Made by a program: the position numbers and the translations under genes
Shown: positions 57,385 to 64,000 of the stretch, one piece after another
How positions within the stretch are numbered: position 1 is the stretch's first letter
How the letters are laid out: every line of letters begins with the position of its first letter
Source of the DNA: Spongiibacteraceae bacterium
Lineage (GTDB): Bacteria; Pseudomonadota; Gammaproteobacteria; Pseudomonadales; CAMLJR01
Length of the DNA stretch: 64,000 nt
Assembly: GCA_047602265.1 (NCBI GenBank)
Contig: JASGHU010000001.1
Location: forward strand, 254,252 to 318,251
Direction of reading: 5' to 3'
The notes under the pieces: model-generated
Database searches by the model: none
What the model saw: only the letters and a program-made list of their open reading frames with translations
What the model was told of the DNA's origin: nothing

Positions 57385-58712
57385 ATGAAACCATCTGTAC
57401 GACTGCTAAAACTGCTCGCCCTTTGGCTAACGTTGGCGCTTGGTCTTGCGACCTTGCGTTTGCTGCACGCAGAAATATTGCCCATCGCATGTATCGTTTG
57501 GTGGAGCATTGGCGGCGTGCTGCTCATCACTGCGGTGATCGATATGTCCCGTCGCAATTGGGTCAATCGAATAGAGGTACAACGTAATTTACCCGATAGT
57601 TTTGCCGTAGGTGTCGGCAATCATGCTGAATTCATTGTGCGCAATCGCAATGCACATGCGGTACAGCTGGATATTGTCGAAGATCATCCGACCACTATCG
57701 ATATAGATGGCCTGCCCGCAACACTAGTCTTACCCGGTGAAGGAAACGCGACATTGCATTATCGCTGCACACCGAGATGCAGAGGTGATGCCGAACTCGG
57801 TAGACCCTGGCTGCGCCTGCGTTCGCGCTGGCAATTGTGGGAGTTTTTCTGCGCCCCGATGTGCGCAACACCGTGCATGTATTCCCCAATTTCGTACCGC
57901 TGATCTGGCTTGCCGGGATGGATTTCTCACGTCAGATAGGCGCACTCGGCGTGCACCGTGTCCACCGACGCGGCGAGGGAATGGACTTTCATCAGCTGCG
58001 CGCATTTCGCGAAGGAGACGCCATGCGCCAGATTGATTGGAAAGCGAGTGCGCGTTATCAAAAACCAATTTCGCGCGAATATCAGGAAGAGCGCGATCAG
58101 GAGATTATCTTTCTGCTGGATTGTGGTCGGCGCATGCGCGCCAAAGATGGTGAGCTTAGCCATTTCGATCACGCCCTGAATGCAATGCTGGTAACAAGTC
58201 ACGTTGCCCTGCGCCAGGGCGATGCGGTTGGATTACTCAGTTTTGCGGGTAACGAACGCTGGTTCGCTCCGCTAAAAGGGCGAAGCAATATCGAACGCTT
58301 GCTACATCGTGTTTACGACCTGCACAGTTCAACTGCCACCAGCGACTTTCTCTCTGCCGCCCAACAATTAATCACTCGGCAGCGCAAACGCGCTCTTATT
58401 GTACTAATGACAGCAATCCGCGCAGAGGATAGCGAGGATTTGCAAGCAGCACTGGCACTGCTACAACGTAAGCATCTGGTACTCGTCGCTAATCTGCGTG
58501 AATGCGAGCTCGAACAGAAGATGCAGCAACCAATTACCACATTGAATAGCGCACTGCTTTATGCTGGCATCGCTCAAGCTCAAAATGCACAACAAAATTT
58601 GTTTGCACGCCTGCGCCAACAACGCGTCAATTTAATCGATGCGCTGCCACAACACTTACATCGCGAGTTAGTCAACCAGTATTGGCAGATGAAGATGAGC
58701 GGTGTGCTTTAA
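57385..58712 (+). pseudogene. DUF58 (vWA-like) protein gene, split by a frameshift near 57840-57850
   Basis: The N-terminal part lies in frame 1 (57385-57903) and the C-terminal part in frame 3 (57837-58712). Together they rebuild one DUF58 protein (..RLRSRWQLW / FLRPDVRNTVHVFPNF...HRRGEGMDFHQLRAFREGDAMRQIDWKASAR). The junction is at a T5 run. Confidence 0.7.
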
Positions 58713-58808
58713 CAGCCCCCGCTACGGCGATAATCCGCTGGAGTGCAATCGCGGACCAATCAGTTTAAAGTTGCGCACGGACATGAATAGATCTTGGCGG
58801 AACGGTGC

Positions 58809-59174
58809 ATGGCGAGAAGCATAAATGCGGCATTGCTGTCGGCCCTGGTATTTCCGGGCGCTGGCCATTTATATTTGCGCAGCTATATGCGCGGTATCGT
58901 TCTCGCCGTCATTTCCGTCGTTGCTCTTGCCGATTTTATTCGCAGAGCCTGGCACGAAGCCGACATCATCCGCGACCAGTTGCTCGCTGAAATCAATGCC
59001 GGTGGCGTTATCGATCTCGAATATCTGATTACGCAAGCCACGAACGCGGTAAACCATATCGATCGCCAACCGTTTGCGCTAGCAGGCTATGTATTGCTTG
59101 GCTGCTGGATAGCGGGAGTTGTCGACAGTTATCGCATCGGTAAAAAAATCGAAGAATCTTCATCGGCATCATGA
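58809..59174 (+). CDS. small membrane protein (hypothetical)
   Basis: 121 aa from the ATG at 58809, with 3 hydrophobic helices. Its stop overlaps the dGTPase start in an ATGA motif. Confidence 0.5.
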   Translation: MARSINAALLSALVFPGAGHLYLRSYMRGIVLAVISVVALADFIRRAWHEADIIRDQLLAEINAGGVIDLEYLITQATNAVNHIDRQPFALAGYVLLGCWIAGVVDSYRIGKKIEESSSAS

Positions 59175-60559
59175 CGCGCTCTATCAGTATGAATTGGCAG
59201 CAGCTTCTCAACAAAACCCGACTCGGCAACCGACCCGCGAAAGACGAATCCGGTCGCAACGCATTTTTACGCGATCACGACAAAATAATTTTTTCGGGTG
59301 CATTTCGCCGCCTCGCGCGCAAAACGCAAGTACACCCGCTCGCCAGCAACGATCATATTCACAATCGCCTGACGCACAGCCTCGAAGTGTCGTGCGTTGG
59401 GCGCACGCTCGGCATTCGCGTCGGCGAAGCCTTGCGCGGGCACGGTTTATTACCCGATCAAATCGACGCGACCGACCTGGGCGACATCGTGCAATCGGCC
59501 TGTCTCGCACACGACATCGGCAATCCGCCGTTCGGTCACACTGGCGAGCGCGCCATTCGTTCATGGTTTCTTGAACGCGGCCAAAAATATCTCGCGGGGC
59601 TCAATGCGTCACAACGTGCAGATCTCGAAAGCTTCGAAGGCAACGCGCAGGGATTTCGCATTCTCACTAAATCCGAATACCACCAGTACAACGATGGCAT
59701 GCGACTCACGTATGCAACCCTCGCAACCTTTTTGAAATATCCGTGGCTCGCTGAAACAGCAAAATCCGGCATCACACCGCGCCGCGAAAAATTCAGCGCA
59801 TTCGGTGCGGAAAAAAGTGCGCTCATCGAAGTTTGCAACGCAACGGGATTGCGCCAACGCGCCACCGATTTTGAAAATCAGATTTTTTATAGCCGTCATC
59901 CGCTCGCATTTTTAGTCGAAGCCGCCGACGATTTTTGTTACGCGATCATCGATCTCGAAGACGGTCTCGAAATGAATCTGCTGCACTGGAGCGATGTATT
60001 TCCGCTGCTGCAACCGATATTGCCGCACAATCGTGAAATCATCGATTTGGTGCAATCGGATTTTCGTCCCGGTCGCAAAGCGGCTTTATTGCGCGGCAGC
60101 ATCATCGAACATTTCATCGACGCCGGCGTAAATGCCTTCATGCATCATCACGACGAACTACTCGCAGGCAATATCGATAGCGATTTAATTTCACTGTGCG
60201 CAGCACCCGTGCGCGATGCGGTTGAAGGCTCGAAGCAATTGGCAAAAACGCGCGTCTTCGAACACCCGCTCAAAATCGAATTGGAAATCGGCGCGTATCA
60301 AGTGATAGGAACATTGCTGGACAGCCTGATCGAAGCCGCGATTGCCAAAGCGGAAAATGATCTCAGTAATTTTCGTCATCAGCGGCTCATTAACTTAATG
60401 GGCGAACACACGTTCCCGCCCAATCTCGAACAACTCGATACGATGGAAAAGCGCTATCAATGCATCATGCGTGCGGTCGATTTCATCGCTGGTATGACCG
60501 ACAACTACGCGACCTACCTGGCCAAGCAATTCAACGGCTGGGCGGAAGTCCGCTACTGA
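59171..60559 (+). CDS. dgt: dGTP triphosphohydrolase-like HD-domain protein
   Basis: FLRDHDKIIFSGAFRRLARKTQVHPL...NRLTHSLEVSCVGRTLG...CLAHDIGNPPFGH...DDFCYAIIDLEDG...GMTDNYA. Confidence 0.85.
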   Translation: MTRSISMNWQQLLNKTRLGNRPAKDESGRNAFLRDHDKIIFSGAFRRLARKTQVHPLASNDHIHNRLTHSLEVSCVGRTLGIRVGEALRGHGLLPDQIDATDLGDIVQSACLAHDIGNPPFGHTGERAIRSWFLERGQKYLAGLNASQRADLESFEGNAQGFRILTKSEYHQYNDGMRLTYATLATFLKYPWLAETAKSGITPRREKFSAFGAEKSALIEVCNATGLRQRATDFENQIFYSRHPLAFLVEAADDFCYAIIDLEDGLEMNLLHWSDVFPLLQPILPHNREIIDLVQSDFRPGRKAALLRGSIIEHFIDAGVNAFMHHHDELLAGNIDSDLISLCAAPVRDAVEGSKQLAKTRVFEHPLKIELEIGAYQVIGTLLDSLIEAAIAKAENDLSNFRHQRLINLMGEHTFPPNLEQLDTMEKRYQCIMRAVDFIAGMTDNYATYLAKQFNGWAEVRY

Positions 60560-60699
60560 TCCCACGGCAGATGATCGCCCAAATGTGACCCGCTTCACAT
60601 CGGCCACCCCACCGCTAGAGCAGCCGGGCGGGATTCGTTATATTGGCCCGCTATCAATTACGGACCCATCAGCGACAAGGACTTAGGAGCCGCTACGAT

Positions 60700-63600
60700 A
60701 TGGACGCCCTGAACGCGCTGCTCGCCAGCTTTGCCTCAGCTTTTCAACAAGACCAACGCTTATTCTCTCTGCACTTCGCCGAACACTGGCTTGATGGGCA
60801 GTTGCTGCCGCACACCTTGAGCGGTACGGAGTCGGTGTCGTCGCCATTTCAATTTGTCGTTGAATGCCTGTCGTCGGATGCGGCGATCGAACTCAAATCG
60901 CTGATCGGCCTGGGTGTCGATATCGCGATTCACCGCGATGACGACGATCGTGTCATTTCAGGCATCGTTACCCAGGCACGGCAATTAGGTTCGGATGGTG
61001 GTTTCGCGCGCTATGGTTTAACCATCGAGCCTGCGCTCACCGCATTGAAGCTGCGCCGAAACAGCCGCGTTTTTCAGGACAAATCCGTTGTCGATATTGT
61101 CGGTTTAATTCTCGACGAACACATTCAAAACAATTCGGTGTTCGCGCAATGTTTTCGTCACAAATCGCAGCTCGCACAAAGCTATCCATCACGCAGCTAC
61201 TGTCAGCAATATCGCGAGAGTGATTTCGATTTCATCACACGCTTATTACGCGAAGAGGGCATTTCGTATTATTTCGACTTCGAGCACGGCGATAGCGAAA
61301 TCGGTTTACATACGTTTGTACTTTTCGACGCAGGTAGCCAATTAAATTCCGCTCAGCACAATACCATTCGCTTTCATCGCGCCGATGCCACCGAGGAAGA
61401 AGATTCGATCACGCAATGGCATGCGTCGCGTCAACTCCAAAGCGGTGCTACGACAGTTGCGAGCTTCGACTATAAAGGCGTTTACACACAGCAGGGCGAC
61501 ACTAAAACTGCGGCAGACCATGGCGATAGCGGCAGCGGTTTGGTGAGTGCGCTGGTGGATTACGATCCTCAGTCGCTGTATTACGGCGCTGACAACAGCG
61601 AATTGAGTCGCTACGCCGGTCTGCGCCAGCAAGCCAAGGATATGCGCAGCAAATCGTTCAGCGGTGCAGGCTCTGTTCGCGGCCTGGGCGCTGGTCAAAC
61701 CTTTGCGCTGATGCAGCATCCCCATCACGAGGGCGATAATGAATTCGTGGTGCTCTCGCAAACGCTGGAAGCACGCAATAATTTACCGGGTGAATTCGAC
61801 GATCATCCGGCCGCGAACATCGCAGCCAAGCCCTTCACGCTCGATGAGGCCGGTTACAAAAACAATTTCGAAGCGGTACGCAAACATATCCCCATCGCTC
61901 CGGCTTACGCGAATGAAAAATACAGCAAACCCACTGCGCGCGGCATACAAACCGCTACCGTGGTCGGCCCCGCTGGCGAAGAGATTTACACCGATGAATT
62001 AGGTCGCATCAAAATCCAATTTCATTGGGCAAGACCGCAGGATCACGACACCGGCAAACACGGCGCCAGCGCAGCGAACGACGATTTCAGCTCGTGCTGG
62101 GTGCGCGTGCAAATGCCGAGCGCCGGTGCGCAATGGGGCCATCAATTTATTCCGCGCATCGGCCAGGAAGTGTTGGTCGATTTTATCGAAGGCGATATCG
62201 ATCGCCCGATTGTCACGCACGTCATTCACAACGGCCAGCAAACTCCACCGACCTTTCAAAGTGCCGGCTCGCTGCCTGCGAATAAAACCCTATCGGGCAT
62301 TAAAACGCACGAATACAAAGGCGGTCGCCACAACGAAATTGTTTTCGATGATACGACCAACGAAATTCGCGCCACGCTTTCCACCGAGCACGGCAAGACA
62401 CAACTCAATCAGGGCTATTTGATTCATCCACGCAGCGAAGGCAAAGGCACGCCGCGCGGCGAAGGTTTTGAATTGCGCACCGACAACGCTGGCGCGATAC
62501 GAGCAACACAAGGCTTGCTCGTCACCACCGAAGCGCAACAAAACGCACGCGGCAAACAACTTGACCGCAGCCCCGCCCTTGCACAACTTGAAGCGGCGCA
62601 AAATTTGACGAAGCAGTTGGGGGATACCGCGCAGCAGCAACGCGCGAACAAATCCAATCCCGATCCTGCGTTGAACGCCGATCAGCTCAAAGACAAAAAG
62701 CCGCACATCCTCCTGCACGGTCACGGCGGGGCCGCGATCACGACACCGAAATCGGTCACACTGGCGACAGGTAAAGATTTAAATCAAGTCAGCCTGCGCG
62801 ATACAAATCAAACCAGCGGCAGACGCTGGATACACAACGTCGGCGAATCAGCCTCGATATTTGTGGCGAATGCGCAAACCAAAATCAAAACTGCGATGAA
62901 GTTAATCGCAGCGAAAGGCGATGTACTCGTCCAAGCGCAAAGCAATGATGTTGAAATCACTGCTGACAAGAATGTCAAAATCACTGCGTGTAAAAGCACA
63001 CTAACCGCAAGTGCTGGCAAAGAGTTTTTACTGCAGAGCGGCGGCGGTTACATTCGCGTAAGCGGTGGCAATGTCGAGATTCACTGCCCTGGCAAGTTGA
63101 GCATGAAGGCCGCTAGTTTTGTGCATGTCGGTGGCGGTGGGGGTTCGGTTGAGAAGCCGATTATGCCGAGTGGGGGCGGTTTGAGTTTGGCTGCGGCGGC
63201 TGTTGCTATGAGTCCTGCTGGAAAGCAGACTAATCAAAATGCGACAAATGGCAAAAAGCCGACTCCTGCAAATGATGCAACTGGAAACTCTGCTGACGCC
63301 GCTAAAGCGGCACAATCCTCCCAAGTTGTCATACCTAAAGAGTGCAGCTATCTTGATCCGAGTAATGATTTAGTTACACCACCTCAAGCTGCTTTTGATA
63401 AGGGGCGACGGCCCGCCACAATTTCTGCACCGACCGAAATTAAAACACTATTTCCGGGCGATACTTCTGAAACCACCGCACTTCAGCAAGCGGTTACTGT
63501 TGGCAACAAGACGGTCAACATCATTTATCCCAAAGGTAATTTAGCAACAGATCCAAATACAACACTTGCAACTTCTGAGCAAGTTAAAGACAGCCTTAGT

Positions 63601-64000
63601 GTTTTACCCGACGAAACTTTGGGAAGCATTTCAAAGGTTGTGATAAGCCCAAATCAAAACCCCGACGATGCCTATTGGGCAAAAGAATATAAAATGCCCG
63701 GATTCCGATCTGCAGCCACAGGTGGCGATGATGGTGTTGTTACATATTACCCATCAACATTTCAGCAACCGCAGTCCGATATCGATCGCATTATGGCTCA
63801 TGAAGCTGGGCACACTTATTCAATACCAAATTGGCAACAAAACCCAGATCAAAAGGCCACATGGGAAAAGGCTGTTAAATCGGATCCGACAGCACCATCG
63901 AAATATGCACAGGCTTCACTTGGCGAGGATTTTTCAGAGAGCCACGCTATGTATATAGCAAGCAAAGGCACACCGTGCGAAGCTACCGCGAAAGCGCTAT
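60700..64000 (+). CDS. vgrG: type VI secretion spike protein VgrG with C-terminal metallopeptidase-like extension (3' partial, runs off the window)
   Basis: Frame 1 has no stop from 60619 to 64000. The ATG at 60700 lies 10 nt after AGGAG. My translation shows the following. gp27-like N-terminal domain: RLFSLH...LSGTESVSSPFQFVVECLS. gp5 OB-fold: GRIKIQFHWARPQD...SCWVRVQMPSAGAQWGHQFIPRIGQEVLVDFIEGDIDRPIVTHVIHNG. Beta-helix: NEIVFDDTTNEIRATLSTEHGKTQLNQGYL. DUF2345-like end: ...GGNVEIHCPGKL. A Gly/Ala linker and a domain with HEAGH follow. The gene is not in the supplied ORF track because it has no stop codon. Confidence 0.85.
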   Translation, partial: MDALNALLASFASAFQQDQRLFSLHFAEHWLDGQLLPHTLSGTESVSSPFQFVVECLSSDAAIELKSLIGLGVDIAIHRDDDDRVISGIVTQARQLGSDGGFARYGLTIEPALTALKLRRNSRVFQDKSVVDIVGLILDEHIQNNSVFAQCFRHKSQLAQSYPSRSYCQQYRESDFDFITRLLREEGISYYFDFEHGDSEIGLHTFVLFDAGSQLNSAQHNTIRFHRADATEEEDSITQWHASRQLQSGATTVASFDYKGVYTQQGDTKTAADHGDSGSGLVSALVDYDPQSLYYGADNSELSRYAGLRQQAKDMRSKSFSGAGSVRGLGAGQTFALMQHPHHEGDNEFVVLSQTLEARNNLPGEFDDHPAANIAAKPFTLDEAGYKNNFEAVRKHIPIAPAYANEKYSKPTARGIQTATVVGPAGEEIYTDELGRIKIQFHWARPQDHDTGKHGASAANDDFSSCWVRVQMPSAGAQWGHQFIPRIGQEVLVDFIEGDIDRPIVTHVIHNGQQTPPTFQSAGSLPANKTLSGIKTHEYKGGRHNEIVFDDTTNEIRATLSTEHGKTQLNQGYLIHPRSEGKGTPRGEGFELRTDNAGAIRATQGLLVTTEAQQNARGKQLDRSPALAQLEAAQNLTKQLGDTAQQQRANKSNPDPALNADQLKDKKPHILLHGHGGAAITTPKSVTLATGKDLNQVSLRDTNQTSGRRWIHNVGESASIFVANAQTKIKTAMKLIAAKGDVLVQAQSNDVEITADKNVKITACKSTLTASAGKEFLLQSGGGYIRVSGGNVEIHCPGKLSMKAASFVHVGGGGGSVEKPIMPSGGGLSLAAAAVAMSPAGKQTNQNATNGKKPTPANDATGNSADAAKAAQSSQVVIPKECSYLDPSNDLVTPPQAAFDKGRRPATISAPTEIKTLFPGDTSETTALQQAVTVGNKTVNIIYPKGNLATDPNTTLATSEQVKDSLSVLPDETLGSISKVVISPNQNPDDAYWAKEYKMPGFRSAATGGDDGVVTYYPSTFQQPQSDIDRIMAHEAGHTYSIPNWQQNPDQKATWEKAVKSDPTAPSKYAQASLGEDFSESHAMYIASKGTPCEATAKAL

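Noticed and set aside
59171-60559. The dGTPase might be a stand-alone anti-phage dNTP-depletion system.
   Set aside because: The sequence looks like the common chromosomal Dgt-like type and its G+C is core-like. Without phylogeny I cannot claim a defence role. Only the unusual coupling to the small membrane ORF is kept as a low-interest finding.
1-64000. I looked for mobile elements, prophage genes, integrases, tRNA or rRNA genes and toxin-antitoxin pairs.
   Set aside because: No translation in any listed ORF shows transposase DDE, integrase (R..HxxR..Y), phage structural or TA-family motifs. No intergenic stretch folds or reads like a tRNA. The accessory character of the right end rests only on gene content and hand GC counts.

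Overview
This is a 64-kb chromosomal segment from a moderately GC-rich Gram-negative bacterium, probably a gammaproteobacterium (the lineage call is a guess from gene content). I call 57 protein-coding genes. I saw no rRNA, tRNA, CRISPR array, transposase or integrase.

The left ~47 kb looks like ordinary core genome:
- motAB and an SPFH protein
- two OmpR-type two-component pairs, one followed by a Spy/CpxP-like gene
- deaD, ppnP, an MscS-like channel, yaiI, rlmJ and rapA
- an Mla/MCE-type lipid ABC transporter, followed by five phospholipid head-group enzymes
- two c-di-GMP enzymes flanking a cytochrome b
- a fused indolepyruvate:ferredoxin oxidoreductase with a divergent Lrp regulator
- a yezD-porin-sbp-cysTWA sulfate cluster

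The right ~17 kb looks more accessory:
- a VPLPA-CTERM secreted protein
- a 706-aa protein of unknown family with an internal domain duplication
- a seven-gene, translationally coupled membrane / RDD / SpoIIM-like / DUF4129 / DUF4350 / MoxR / DUF58 operon of unknown function. Spot counts suggest lower G+C, and the DUF58 gene is frameshifted.
- a small membrane protein coupled to a dGTPase
- an orphan 'evolved' vgrG that the ORF track does not list, because it runs off the window. It ends in a low-GC HExxH metallopeptidase toxin-like domain.

The most unusual non-coding signal is a recurring one. At rapA, cysW and sbp the last codons plus the stop codon are tandemly re-duplicated 3 to 5 times, and these copies make up most of the spacer that follows each gene.

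All family assignments come from reading the translations. No database search was run.
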